From an uncultured Candidatus Saccharibacteria bacterium (lineage in GTDB: Bacteria; Patescibacteriota; Saccharimonadia; Saccharimonadales; Saccharimonadaceae): a stretch of DNA of 64,000 nt. Both the position numbers and the translations under genes were made by a program. Shown one piece after another: positions 6,942-16,834 of this stretch (positions within the stretch are counted from its first letter, which is position 1; the number at the start of each line of letters is the position of its first letter). The notes under the pieces were generated by a model. The model was not told where the DNA came from. It ran no database searches and worked only from the letters and a program-made list of their open reading frames with translations. The stretch covers positions 4,976 through 68,975 of the forward strand of contig CANBEI010000001.1 in the NCBI GenBank assembly GCA_947367565.1. Direction: 5' to 3'.

Positions 6942-7995
6942 CTAGAGTGTTAACATGGTCCGCTCAAGCATCCGACCGAGCGCCGCTAAAGCGGTGTAGC
7001 TCGTATTCGTCGTCATGACTACCACGATGTAGCGAGCGCCATTCGGAAACTCAACCATAGCGGCATCATTATATCGTCCATCACCCCAGCCCGCCTTATC
7101 ATAGACGGCGGCCGTCGTGAATCCACTCGGCAGACCCTTGCGATAGAGGTATGGCTGATTAAGCATAGTCTCGCGAACTTTCGCCCAAGAACTGGCCGAC
7201 CAGTCTGGATGCCAATAGAGAAATTGCAAGAATAGCGACACATCATGCGCTGAGGTCATTAGACCGTCTGGCCAAGTATTTGCTAGCCCGACGCGCCGAA
7301 TCAACTGCGCAACCCGCGCAGAACGAGCCGGATCATCATACATTTTTTCTGGGCAAGGATTATTGGAGTAGCGTACCGTCACATCAAGGCATTGACCTAA
7401 GGTATATCCGTCAGTATAGGGTTGATTTGGGTCATCTAGCCCAGCATCGATTTGCGCATAAGCATCATAGAGATAGAACAATTTGTAAATTGATTTCGGG
7501 CGCATCTGCGCAGTTGAGTGATAGCTAGCAACGACTGAACCAGTATTAACATTAAAAACTTCAATTCCCACTTCACCATGCGCATAGCTTGCTAACCAAT
7601 TATCGACCGCTTCTTGCAGGGTTGAAAAAGTTTGAGGTTTAGCAAAAGTCCCAGCAAGAGACTTTTGCTCTTCCGGTATGGCAACTTGATTAATTTTGGT
7701 TAGAATCTGGGGCGCGTTAGCTCTATCGCTAATAATGGCGCCCCCCCCCCCCATTTTCTTCTCCGGCGCCACTGCGACCATCGACACCACCGATGGTAAC
7801 TGGAGCAGCCTTCGTAGCAGTAGTAATTGCCTCAAAAATGCCAAAACCCACACCGATCAAGCAACAGATAATACCAACTACGAAACAGCCAATCTGAAAG
7901 TTGCGCAGCAAAATGCCGGTTTTAGCAGTTTTGGTGCGACGTGTTTTTGGCTGGCTATCGCGTCGAGATTGTGCGCGAGCTTTTTTATTTCCCAT
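6942..7995 (-). pseudogene. Membrane-anchored serine hydrolase (class A beta-lactamase / DD-peptidase-like) split by a frameshift in a G12 tract
   Basis: ORF 7729-7995 (MGNKKARAQ..., TM helix) ends 3 codons after the tract. ORF 6942-7853 carries SIYK (SxxK), YSNN (SxN) and KAGWG (KTG-like). Removing one G joins them in frame as ...GAGEENGGGGAIISDRAN... Confidence 0.75.
7741..7752. repeat. Homopolymer C12 on plus strand (G12 in the coding strand)
   Basis: Counted directly: ggcg-cccccccccccc-atttt. Confidence 0.95.
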
Positions 7996-8079
7996 TTATT
8001 TTATTATACTACGAATATCCGTTTTAATCAAATTGGCCTACTGATGGAGTTTTTGAGGGGTTTCGCGTATAATATAGAT

Positions 8080-9150
8080 ATGGTAAAGAAGCGAGCACTG
8101 GGGTTTGGGTTAGTTGTGGCGGCGATTTTGGCGGTAGGACTTTGTTTTTGGCTGAACAGTACGCCGCAAAAGTTAAGTCGCTTAGGATATAATGCTGACG
8201 AAATTAAGGTAATCACTACACAGTTAAAACGCAGTGAGCTAGAGCCGGTTTTCGGGAGTGAATATCTGCCAGAATTGGTCCAGCTAATGAGCATGGAGGC
8301 TGCGCCGACGGATTTTCGGGTGGAAAAACTAGCAGATTATATTCAAGCGGAACAGAAATATAGTTTTTCGCCAGAGTTAATACTGAAGCTAGTTAATCAT
8401 CCGGACTACGATACGGATGAAAAATATACGGAGCAGATGATTGAAATCCTGTACGAAGAGTACTATCTGACACGAAATCAAGCACGGTATTTCGCCCTTG
8501 TATCTAGTACGGAACAAGAGTTGGAGCCGAAGCAAGTCGTAGCGCTGGTGAATGCGAACCGTGATCGTGAATATTATAGCGAGACCGAGGCAGCAAATCT
8601 TAACAATGGTGATTTGCTCTTAGTGAATAAATATTATTATCTTGACCATGATTTCACGGTAGATCTAGTCGAGCAGAGTGCGAGTTACGGGAGCATAGGG
8701 GAGCGCATGGAGCGCGAAACGTATGCAGCGTTTGAAGAGATGTTCGCGGCAGCGCAGGCAGCTGGCTATCAGTTATATGTAACCTCGGGCTATCGTGGTT
8801 ATGAGGAACAGGAGGAAGTATTCGCTAGTTATCTCGCAGAGGGCGACGAGGAACATGCTCTGAAGTACGCAGCGAAACCGGGGTATTCCGAACACCAGAC
8901 AGGTAGAGCGATTGACGTCTTCACTCCCGGGGAGACGACAAGTAGTTTCGCGAGCAGTCCGGTGGCGGCATGGCTAGCGGAGCATGCGTACGAGTATGGC
9001 TTTATTTTGCGTTATCCGGAGGGCAAAGAGGATTTGACGGGCTATAGTTATGAACCATGGCATTATCGGTATGTGGGACGCGAAGCGGCACAAGAAATCT
9101 TCCAGCGCGGAGTTACGTTGGAAGAATACGTAGCGGTTTTCGGGAAATAA
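8080..9150 (+). CDS. D-alanyl-D-alanine carboxypeptidase, VanY / peptidase M15B family, membrane-anchored
   Basis: SGYRGYEEQEEVF, SEHQTGRAIDV and EPWHYRYVG motifs. N-terminal TM helix. TATAAT 8068-8073 lies 6 nt before ATG 8080; alternative ATG at 8044. The ORF-track 5' extension back to 7696 is antisense to the neighbouring gene and is rejected. Confidence 0.8.
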   Translation: MVKKRALGFGLVVAAILAVGLCFWLNSTPQKLSRLGYNADEIKVITTQLKRSELEPVFGSEYLPELVQLMSMEAAPTDFRVEKLADYIQAEQKYSFSPELILKLVNHPDYDTDEKYTEQMIEILYEEYYLTRNQARYFALVSSTEQELEPKQVVALVNANRDREYYSETEAANLNNGDLLLVNKYYYLDHDFTVDLVEQSASYGSIGERMERETYAAFEEMFAAAQAAGYQLYVTSGYRGYEEQEEVFASYLAEGDEEHALKYAAKPGYSEHQTGRAIDVFTPGETTSSFASSPVAAWLAEHAYEYGFILRYPEGKEDLTGYSYEPWHYRYVGREAAQEIFQRGVTLEEYVAVFGK

Positions 9151-9199
9151 TGCGCGAGGGCGAAGGTGCGGAGTTCACGCCTCAACCCTCGTAGTTTTA

Positions 9200-10090
9200 C
9201 TAATCTAGCTCGACAAGTTCATATTCTTTCGACCCGAGACCAAGCCTGGCGGCCGCGTCAATAATCAGCCGACCATTCTGGCGTTCGACGCGCTCGACGA
9301 AATGGTCACGCCCAGGATCATCCGAATTCCAAATCATATCAATGCAGGCTTGATCGAGAGCAACCGGGTCGAGCGAGCCGGCAATCCCAATATCCGCCAT
9401 ACAAGGAGCCTCAGGCGTCGCGACGCAATCACAGTCGACGCTAAGATTATTAATCACGTTAATATAGACAATCGGCTTTTCTTGCTCCTTCATATAATCC
9501 GCAACCGCCGTGGCTGCCTCCGCCATTGACTCAAGAAAATCATCCTGCGGTGCAGTATGCTCCCAGAGCGTCACTACATCGCGGCTCTTCCCGGCAGTAT
9601 GAATATGGGCCTTGCCAGCCGCTGAGGCGATACCGATGGATTGATTTTTGAGCGCACCGCCGAAACCGCCCATCGGATGACCTTTGAAATGCGCAAGATT
9701 CAACATAGAATCATAATTCTCGAAGTTCTTGCCAATAATGTCGACTTCGAGGTACTTGCCATTCTTTACGGGGATTTCAATTTCGCCATCGGCATCCATA
9801 ATATCGACATCGGCAATTTCGGTGAAACCATGCTCCTTAGCAGTCTGGAGATGCGCCGTAGTATCATTACGCGCCCCTTCGTAAGCCGTGTTACACTCAA
9901 CAATCGTGCCCTTCAGCTTCTGAACTAAATCTTGAATCAACTCTGGCTTCAGATAATTCGGGTTGCCAGCTTCGCCAGTCGAAATCTTCACCGCGACCTT
10001 GCCGGGCAATGTTACGCCTAATGCCCCATAGACTCTCACCAGGCTAGCTGGTGAGATTTCGCGGGTGAAATAAACCTTACTTTTACTCAT
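9200..10090 (-). CDS. DUF362-family protein (putative Fe-S binding)
   Basis: 296-aa ORF. VAVKISTGEAGNPNYLKPELI...ECNTAY pattern typical of DUF362. AAGGAGG upstream. Confidence 0.65.
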   Translation of the reverse strand: MSKSKVYFTREISPASLVRVYGALGVTLPGKVAVKISTGEAGNPNYLKPELIQDLVQKLKGTIVECNTAYEGARNDTTAHLQTAKEHGFTEIADVDIMDADGEIEIPVKNGKYLEVDIIGKNFENYDSMLNLAHFKGHPMGGFGGALKNQSIGIASAAGKAHIHTAGKSRDVVTLWEHTAPQDDFLESMAEAATAVADYMKEQEKPIVYINVINNLSVDCDCVATPEAPCMADIGIAGSLDPVALDQACIDMIWNSDDPGRDHFVERVERQNGRLIIDAAARLGLGSKEYELVELD

Positions 10091-10131
10091 TTATACCTCC
10101 TTATTGCACCCTTCGCAGGGGTTATACTACC

Positions 10132-10160
10132 ATTGTAGCATACTTATTCATTTTTGTCAA
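10132..10160 (-). promoter_or_regulatory. Consensus sigma70-type promoter (TTGACA-17-TGCTACAAT)
   Basis: Minus strand reads GGTATTGACAAAAATGAATAAGTATGCTACAATGG. It overlaps the 3' end of dut and drives the DUF362 gene. Confidence 0.7.
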
Positions 10161-10632
10161 TACCATTCTCGTCTTGAGCTCTGTCGGTCGAGCCGAAACC
10201 GCCACGGCGCTGACCACTAGCGTCGTCGCCGTCAGCTATCAGGAACTTCTGGAAAATAACTTGCGCAATACGATCACCTTTCTTGATCTGTAAATCATGA
10301 TCAAGGACGTTGAAGACTAAGACTTGGAAATGACCATCGGTCTCTGGGCTACCATAGTAATCTGCATCGATCACACCAACGCCATTCGCCGGCACAATTC
10401 CCTTGCCCGCGCCAGAACTGCGATTGAAAATAAAATAGCATTCGTCAGGCTGACAATAGGCCTTCAGACCAGTCGGGATAAGCGTAGGTTTAATGCCCGG
10501 GCGAAATACCGGCACAGTGACATCTTCTGCGGCGGCAATGTCATAAGCCGCCGCCTGCGCGGTACTGCGGCGCGGCAAGACGATATTTTTATCTTCCCAG
10601 CCTTTGGCAATCTCAAAACCTCGTACTTTCAT
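10144..10632 (-). CDS. dut: dUTP diphosphatase
   Basis: AAAYDI, GVIDADYYG, RIAQVIF and RGGFGST motifs. TGCTATAAT lies 6 nt upstream of the ATG. Confidence 0.9.
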   Translation of the reverse strand: MKVRGFEIAKGWEDKNIVLPRRSTAQAAAYDIAAAEDVTVPVFRPGIKPTLIPTGLKAYCQPDECYFIFNRSSGAGKGIVPANGVGVIDADYYGSPETDGHFQVLVFNVLDHDLQIKKGDRIAQVIFQKFLIADGDDASGQRRGGFGSTDRAQDENGIDKNE

Positions 10633-10662
10633 ATTCTTATTATAGCATGTGCCTGACGAGAT

Positions 10663-12492
10663 TTATTCAGCGTCCGCAAACTGCGAATTGTAAAGTTCAG
10701 CGTAGAATCCATTTTGAGCGAGGAGCTGGTCATGCGTACCCTGCTCGACAATGTTACCCTCTTTCATGACCAAAATTAGGTCGGAATTACGAATCGTCGA
10801 CAGACGGTGAGCGATGACGAAGCTCGTGCGGCCATGGGTCAGCTTCGCAAAAGCGTCTTGAATTAGTTGTTCGGTACGTGTATCGACATTGGACGTCGCC
10901 TCATCCAGAATCATCATCGGCGGATTCGCGACCATGGCACGAGCAATCGTAAGTAGCTGTTTCTCGCCGGCGGAAATATTATCCGAATCTTCAGAAATCA
11001 TCGTGCGATAGCCGTGAGATAGAGATTCGATGAAATGATGTGTGTTGCTAGCTTCAGTCGCGCGAACAATTTCATCATGCGTAACACCTGTCTTGCCGTA
11101 CTTCAGATTCTCCTCGATCGTCCCGGAGAAGAGCCAAGTGTCCTGCAGGACCATGCCGAAGAGTTTACGAACATCAGCGCGCTTCATCTCTTTCGTCGGC
11201 ACGCTATCAATCGTGATATACCCGCTATCCGGGTCGTAGAAACGCATAAGGAGATTAATAATCGTCGTCTTACCGGCGCCGGTCGGGCCGACGATCGCAA
11301 CCTGCATGCCGGGTTGAATCTTGACTGAGAAATCCTTAATAATCGGACGTTCTTTGTCGTAAGAAAAGTTAACATTGTGAAAACCGACCGCGCCCTTGAT
11401 AGCGGAAATTTCCGATGCTGGGACAGGGTCAGGCGACTCCTCAGGTTCATCTAGGAAGTCATAGATACGCTCCGCGGCAGCGAGAGTTTGTTGGATATTG
11501 GCAGCAATTTGCGAAACTTCGGTGATCGGGCGATTGAACTGATTGACGTACTGGATAAATGCCTGAACACTACCAATTAGCAGCTTCCCGTCAATCGCAA
11601 GGCGACCGCCAGCGACACAAATCAGAACGTAACTTAAATTGGTAAAGACGTGGGTAATCGGAAAGGCAAGCGCACCGAAGAACTGAGCTTTCCAAGAAAC
11701 TTCGTAGAGGTGATTGCTGGTCTGATTGAATTTTTGAATCGCATTCGCTTCATAAGAATTGGCCTTAATAATAGCCTGCCCGGAGTAGTCCTCTTCGATA
11801 ATATTATTCAAATTACCAAGCGTAGTCTGCTGGCTGCGGAAGTATTTCTGGCCTTTTTTCGCCACCAACCCGACAAAGATTAGTGAAAACGGCACGGCAA
11901 CGAGCGCAATGACCGATAGCCAAACTGAAATCGTCAGCATCATAATTAAGATACCAATGACCGTCGTAAGGCTGGTGATAATACGCGAAAGCACGTCGGC
12001 GAGCGTATTGGCAACTGTGCTAATGTCGTTCGACATGCGCGAGAGAGTGTCGCCAAACTGATGCTTATCGAAATAAGAAATCGGCAAGCGGCTAATTTTA
12101 TCTAAAAGCTCGGCGCGCATCTTTTTCGCATAATGCGCCGAAACTACCGATAAAATCACGCCTTCGATATAGCTTAGCACGGCCGAAACGAGGTAAAGAC
12201 CAATCAGGATGAGGGCCAGCTGCCCTAGCTTTCCCCAGCTAATCGCGGCACCTAATGTTTCGCTGTCGGGAACTTGCCCACCAGCTTCAATAACGGCCTG
12301 GCCGTAGTCTTCAGCGGCAGTATTGGTCATTTCGCCGAGGACTTTTGGCCCAAAGATCGAGCAAACGGTCGCACCAACCGAGAGAACCATCGCGAAGATA
12401 ATTGGTATCATCCAAGGCTTCAGAGTTGACACGAAACGTTTGAAGGCAACCCCAAGATTTTTCGGCTTTTCGCCATTTCCGGTTTTAGGCAT
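10663..12492 (-). CDS. ABC transporter, fused permease/ATP-binding subunit (type I exporter half-transporter)
   Basis: 609 aa. Six-helix TMD followed by GPTGAGKTT (Walker A), LSAGEKQLL (signature) and MILDEATS (Walker B). Confidence 0.9.
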   Translation of the reverse strand: MPKTGNGEKPKNLGVAFKRFVSTLKPWMIPIIFAMVLSVGATVCSIFGPKVLGEMTNTAAEDYGQAVIEAGGQVPDSETLGAAISWGKLGQLALILIGLYLVSAVLSYIEGVILSVVSAHYAKKMRAELLDKISRLPISYFDKHQFGDTLSRMSNDISTVANTLADVLSRIITSLTTVIGILIMMLTISVWLSVIALVAVPFSLIFVGLVAKKGQKYFRSQQTTLGNLNNIIEEDYSGQAIIKANSYEANAIQKFNQTSNHLYEVSWKAQFFGALAFPITHVFTNLSYVLICVAGGRLAIDGKLLIGSVQAFIQYVNQFNRPITEVSQIAANIQQTLAAAERIYDFLDEPEESPDPVPASEISAIKGAVGFHNVNFSYDKERPIIKDFSVKIQPGMQVAIVGPTGAGKTTIINLLMRFYDPDSGYITIDSVPTKEMKRADVRKLFGMVLQDTWLFSGTIEENLKYGKTGVTHDEIVRATEASNTHHFIESLSHGYRTMISEDSDNISAGEKQLLTIARAMVANPPMMILDEATSNVDTRTEQLIQDAFAKLTHGRTSFVIAHRLSTIRNSDLILVMKEGNIVEQGTHDQLLAQNGFYAELYNSQFADAE

Positions 12493-14248
12493 GTTTTACC
12501 TCCTCTGCTTTTGACAATTCAGATTTAAATTCCTGATCTGAGAGCTGCGACTTAGCGATTTCGCGATAAATTTTGCAACCTGCTAATAAGTCATAATGAT
12601 TTCCCTTGCCAACAACTTTACCTTGGTCCAAAACAATAATCTGTTCGGCATCGCGAATCGTACTAATACGCTGTGCCACTACGAGCGTAACGGCATTCTC
12701 AGTAACCGGCTTTAGAGCCGCACGAAGTTTGGCGTCAGTCTTCATATCGAGCGCCGAGAAGGAATCGTCGAAGATGTAAATGTCTGGATCCTTCGCAATC
12801 GCACGAGCAATCGACAAGCGCTGGCGCTGACCGCCGGAAACGTTAGTTCCGCCTTGAGCGATATGAGAATCGTATTTTTTATCGAGTTTTTCGATGAACT
12901 CCTCAGACTGGGAAACACGTGCGGCGAGCCGCATCTGCTCCTCGCCGGCCTCTGGCGCGCCAAATAGAATGTTACTCTTGATAGTGCCAGCAAAGAGTAC
13001 GCCGCGCTGCGGAACATAGCCAATCCGACGCATCAAATCATGTTCGGAATAATCCTTGAGATTAAGCCCATTAATTTTAATCTCACCACCGGTCGTCTCG
13101 AAGAATCGCGGTACGAGGTTAATCAAAGTCGATTTGCCCGAACCGGTTGAACCGATAAAGGCCGTAGTCTCTCCTGGCTGTGCTACAAATGAAATATCCT
13201 GCAAGACTTTCTCTTCGGCGCCAGGATAAGCAAAGTCAACATGGCTAAACTCAACCGACGGGCGTAGCTCGGGTTTACCGACCGTATGAGGCTTCCAACT
13301 AATCTGAGGTTTGGCATCCAAGACTGCGTTAATCCGCTTCGCCGAAACATTGGCGCGTGGTAGGACCACGAAGAGCATGGTAAGGAAGAGGAAGGACATG
13401 ACAACCTGGATGGCATACTGCATGAACGCCATCATGTTGCCAAGATAAGCGATATCTTTCGTAATCAACGAGATACCAATCCAGATACAAAGCAGTGCCG
13501 TTCCATTGAATACAAGACTAATCAGTGGGCTCTGAAGCGACAAAATTACATCGACCCAAGCGTTCCAATGCGAGAACTCATCATTCGTCTTATCAAATTT
13601 GCGTTTTTCGAGCTTTTCGTTATTGAAAGCGCGAATGACTCGCAGACCAGTGAGATTTTCGCGCGTCAACATCGTAATCCGATCGGCAAGTTTTTGGATG
13701 AGGTCGAATTTTGGCATGACAATCGACATAATCAAAATTGTCAAGAATAGAATCACGCCAACAGCAAGTGCGATAATCCAAGTCATATCAGGCGCAGTAG
13801 CGATAGCCTGGCCGATAGCCAAAATACAGGTCATCGGTGCACGCAGGGCCATCGAGAGACACATGATAATGGCTTGCTGGACCTGATTAATGTCGTTAGT
13901 CGTACGGGTAATAAGTGAAGCGGTTGAGAAGTTATCAATATCAGCAATGCTAAAACTTAAAATATGTTTAAATAAATCACTGCGTACATCACGCGAGAAA
14001 GCCGTACCAATACGAGCGGAGAGGAAGCTGGCCATAAAGGCACAAAAAGCCGAGAGTACTGCGAGCCCGAGCATCCAAACACCGGTGCGCCAAATATAGT
14101 CGAGGTCGCTCTTCATAATGCCATTATTAATAATATCAGCCATCATCGCCGGAAGTTGAAGCGACGACCAGACTTGCAATGCGATCATTCCTAATAGCAA
14201 AATCGCCTGCCAAGCATAAGGTTTTAAGTACTTAAACATTTTGAACAT
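12485..14248 (-). CDS. ABC transporter, fused permease/ATP-binding subunit, partner of the downstream half-transporter
   Basis: GSTGSGKST, VSGGQRQRL and IFDDSFS motifs. 8-nt overlap with the next gene. Start moved to MFKMFKYLKPY (14248). Confidence 0.9.
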   Translation of the reverse strand: MFKMFKYLKPYAWQAILLLGMIALQVWSSLQLPAMMADIINNGIMKSDLDYIWRTGVWMLGLAVLSAFCAFMASFLSARIGTAFSRDVRSDLFKHILSFSIADIDNFSTASLITRTTNDINQVQQAIIMCLSMALRAPMTCILAIGQAIATAPDMTWIIALAVGVILFLTILIMSIVMPKFDLIQKLADRITMLTRENLTGLRVIRAFNNEKLEKRKFDKTNDEFSHWNAWVDVILSLQSPLISLVFNGTALLCIWIGISLITKDIAYLGNMMAFMQYAIQVVMSFLFLTMLFVVLPRANVSAKRINAVLDAKPQISWKPHTVGKPELRPSVEFSHVDFAYPGAEEKVLQDISFVAQPGETTAFIGSTGSGKSTLINLVPRFFETTGGEIKINGLNLKDYSEHDLMRRIGYVPQRGVLFAGTIKSNILFGAPEAGEEQMRLAARVSQSEEFIEKLDKKYDSHIAQGGTNVSGGQRQRLSIARAIAKDPDIYIFDDSFSALDMKTDAKLRAALKPVTENAVTLVVAQRISTIRDAEQIIVLDQGKVVGKGNHYDLLAGCKIYREIAKSQLSDQEFKSELSKAEEVKHA

Positions 14249-14318
14249 TAGACCATTATAAGGCGAATTTTTAGCAGAGTCAAGGAGGTAAGTGCCAAGA
14301 GAATAGCAGAGGCGCATA

Positions 14319-14347
14319 TTGACTTTTTAAGTAAGGTGTGATATAAT
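14319..14347 (+). promoter_or_regulatory. Promoter TTGACT-17-(TG)ATATAAT for the yhhQ-like gene
   Basis: TTGACT at 14319-14324, TATAAT at 14342-14347, 17-nt spacer. Confidence 0.65.
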
Positions 14348-14353
14348 GGAGGG

Positions 14354-14447
14354 ATGGGATGATTTTGGATCATCCCTGTTCTAGGTATACCTAGAACGTC
14401 ACTAGATTTCGCCTCATGGAGGCAAGTACCTTGAAAGGAGTGATAGT
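14354..14447 (+). promoter_or_regulatory. Structured 5' leader, candidate riboswitch of unknown class upstream of a queuosine-precursor transporter
   Basis: Three hairpins: GGGATGAT/ATCATCCC, the 20-nt perfect palindrome GTTCTAGGTATACCTAGAAC, and GCCTC-ATG-GAGGC. The CCTC arm of the third could alternatively pair with the AAGGAG Shine-Dalgarno. Confidence 0.35.
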
Positions 14448-15188
14448 ATGGAGAATCACGTAGACCAGGTTTTACTGGAGAAGAAACTGAATCGTTGTTT
14501 GACACCTAGAGCGGTGGGAGCGTTGATAGCAATGTCGGCGCTTATGGCGATGACAATGATTACCGCAAATTTATCAGCGACGAAAATCTGGAGTCTCGGC
14601 GGGATACCGGTAGATGGCGGAATTTTGCTGTTTCCCCTCTCCTATGTTTTAGGCGATTTGCTGGTTGAGATTTACGGTAAGCGTATTGCCGATAGCGTAG
14701 CGTGGGCGAGCTGCGGAGTTGGGCTATTAGCGGCAGCGTTTATTGCCCTAGCGAGGATGCTGCCGGATTATCCCGGAGCCGACAATGGCGGCTTCTTGAC
14801 GATTTCAGGCGTAGTAGGCCGGATATTCCTAGCGAGTATCGTCGGCTTCCTGGCAAGCCAGTTATGTAATAACTATGTCTTTGAGCGCGTGCGCCGAAAA
14901 CAACGCAACGGCGCATTCTGGAAGCGCGCGTTATTCTCATCAGTGTTGGCGCATATACCGGATATACTGCTGTTTGAACCGATTGCGTTTTTTGGAAAAT
15001 TATCGTTCATGGAGTTCGTCGAGCAGGCGGTCTTTGCCTACGTAGCGGCGATTGTGATTGAGGGGAGTTTGCTGCTGTTGGTGACTAAGCGCTTAGCACG
15101 TCAAATGGTGTACAGGCTAAAATTCCAACACGGTAAACGAATTACGTCACAGGGCGGATCCGATACGCAGTCTACCAAGGAATCTTAA
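14448..15188 (+). CDS. yhhQ: Queuosine precursor transporter, YhhQ/VUT (DUF165) family
   Basis: ANLSATKIW..GGIPVDGGILLFPLSYVLGDLLVEIYGKR is characteristic of YhhQ. Multi-pass membrane protein. Confidence 0.8.
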   Translation: MENHVDQVLLEKKLNRCLTPRAVGALIAMSALMAMTMITANLSATKIWSLGGIPVDGGILLFPLSYVLGDLLVEIYGKRIADSVAWASCGVGLLAAAFIALARMLPDYPGADNGGFLTISGVVGRIFLASIVGFLASQLCNNYVFERVRRKQRNGAFWKRALFSSVLAHIPDILLFEPIAFFGKLSFMEFVEQAVFAYVAAIVIEGSLLLLVTKRLARQMVYRLKFQHGKRITSQGGSDTQSTKES

Positions 15189-15195
15189 ACTCCGA

Positions 15196-15235
15196 AAAAC
15201 CTTTCCTTAGCAAAAGAGGAGAGGTTTTGTTTTTT
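15196..15235 (+). terminator. Rho-independent terminator
   Basis: AAAACCTTTCC ... GGAGAGGTTTT followed by GTTTTTT. Confidence 0.7.
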
Positions 15236-15241
15236 CTGAGC

Positions 15242-15973
15242 CTAGCGAAGTTCGACTTCGGCCGTGAGCGCCAGATGGGCAGAGACAAGATCCGGCAACA
15301 CGGCGAAATCTTGGACATCAATCCCGTCGTTCACGAGAATATGGTCACAGGCAACTTTACCATCGAATTTAAGACCAGAGAGCGTAGTCTCGACGTCATA
15401 TTCTTGCGTTAAATCACGGAGAAAATCGAGCGGGCGCATAGCAGGGGAATCATGAATAACGTTCAAATCACCACACATGACAAGCGGGCCGGGGACCTGG
15501 CGGACGATATTGCCAACCTTAGTAAAGGCCCTAACACTCTCTTCGTCACCTATCGGATTGGGTCGCCAAAAGCCGTGATGATTAATAACCGTAAGGCCGT
15601 TTTCAAGCTTGGCAATTTGAATGTTTAAGTTATTACCAACCACTTCGCCGAGTATCATCTTCTCCTTGTGTTCGCCACTAATGAATTTACTATGGGTTTC
15701 GGCGAACGGGATACGACTTAAAATTAGGTTCCCCTCCTCAAACGTACCACCGGCAATTTCGCTACTCCAATTCGGAGAAAAGAAAGCATATGGCAGACGG
15801 CTAGCTTTCTGAATTTGCTCGCGGTCGAAACAGAGGCGCGAAAGGTGGCTAGCGCAATCCTCAGAAGCAAAAACTTCTTGCATGCAGATAACGTCAAAAT
15901 CATTGTTCTCAAGGAACCGACGGAGGGTGCCTTCGACTTTACCCATCCAGACGTTGAGTTGTAGAATCTTCAT
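15242..15973 (-). CDS. Endonuclease/exonuclease/phosphatase (EEP) family protein
   Basis: MKILQLNVWMG...DVICMQEV N-terminus and C-terminal DHILV. Start moved to MKIL (15973), 8 nt downstream of TACAAT. Confidence 0.75.
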   Translation of the reverse strand: MKILQLNVWMGKVEGTLRRFLENNDFDVICMQEVFASEDCASHLSRLCFDREQIQKASRLPYAFFSPNWSSEIAGGTFEEGNLILSRIPFAETHSKFISGEHKEKMILGEVVGNNLNIQIAKLENGLTVINHHGFWRPNPIGDEESVRAFTKVGNIVRQVPGPLVMCGDLNVIHDSPAMRPLDFLRDLTQEYDVETTLSGLKFDGKVACDHILVNDGIDVQDFAVLPDLVSAHLALTAEVELR

Positions 15974-15992
15974 ATAATTATATTGTAACATG

Positions 15993-16024
15993 AAAAACCG
16001 GAACAGTATTATCGTTCCGGTTTT
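15993..16024 (-). terminator. Rho-independent terminator
   Basis: Minus strand reads AAAACCGGAAC-GATAATACT-GTTCCGGTTTTT. Confidence 0.8.
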
Positions 16025-16060
16025 GGGCTACCTAGGTAGCGGGTGGTGCGAAAAGGCAGA

Positions 16061-16834
16061 CTACCAATAGAGATAGCCATCTTTTATTGCCAAGAGATGC
16101 TCAAGCTGTTCCTCTTGAATAGTGTCGAGCGGATAGAATTTCTGAATAGTTATTCCATCGCCCTCCTCTATCATTCGTATAGCAGGCAATATCTTGTTAT
16201 TGATATTAACTGATATTAGCGTCTCATTTTCCGTAGGTGTAGTGATTGACAGGTGAAGATTTGGCTCTTTAGGTTTTTGGACCCAAGCATACCCCAACTC
16301 GCCATTAATCGGCATCTCTATATCCAGTCGACTATCTGGCCACATCGGTGTTTTAAGGCGCATAATCTCAAAGCAATCACCCGTACCGATTTTGTGAAAT
16401 ACGAAGCTTATAAAACCAGCATAAACAGAAACTCGATATAAATACCATTCCATATAAGGATTGTTTTCGAGGATATCCCGATACCCTAATATGAACTCTC
16501 TCGGGGTCACACATTCATGTCCACCTGCATCGTTTTTCACATATTCCAGATTGGCTAATATTTGATCATATAGACTAATGATGCTATGGCACTGAAGAAT
16601 TTCGCTAAAATCTTCCGCATCGTTACCGTACTCAAACATATAGAAAGCCGGGTCTCTACCAGGATAGTCTACTCCATCGATTGTAATGTGTGTTTTCAAC
16701 CCTAAGTTATGTCGAGATACGACAGCAAGTAAAGATTGGTTTATATCTCCTTTGACTAAGATTGAATCCGACTGCACGATAGAGATGTCAGCTGGCTCAG
16801 TCAAAGCGTCCGTATTAACCGGATAATAGATCAT
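16061..16834 (-). CDS. Hypothetical protein, no recognisable motif; visibly more AT-rich than its neighbours
   Basis: 257-aa ORF with GGAGGG upstream. Own consensus promoter and own terminator. Confidence 0.6.
   Translation of the reverse strand: MIYYPVNTDALTEPADISIVQSDSILVKGDINQSLLAVVSRHNLGLKTHITIDGVDYPGRDPAFYMFEYGNDAEDFSEILQCHSIISLYDQILANLEYVKNDAGGHECVTPREFILGYRDILENNPYMEWYLYRVSVYAGFISFVFHKIGTGDCFEIMRLKTPMWPDSRLDIEMPINGELGYAWVQKPKEPNLHLSITTPTENETLISVNINNKILPAIRMIEEGDGITIQKFYPLDTIQEEQLEHLLAIKDGYLYW

Noticed and set aside
7696-8043. 5' extension of the VanY-like ORF (484-aa version)
   Set aside because: It runs antisense through the serine hydrolase gene and the homopolymer. The TM-anchored mature-looking N-terminus begins at 8044/8080, next to a TATAAT box.
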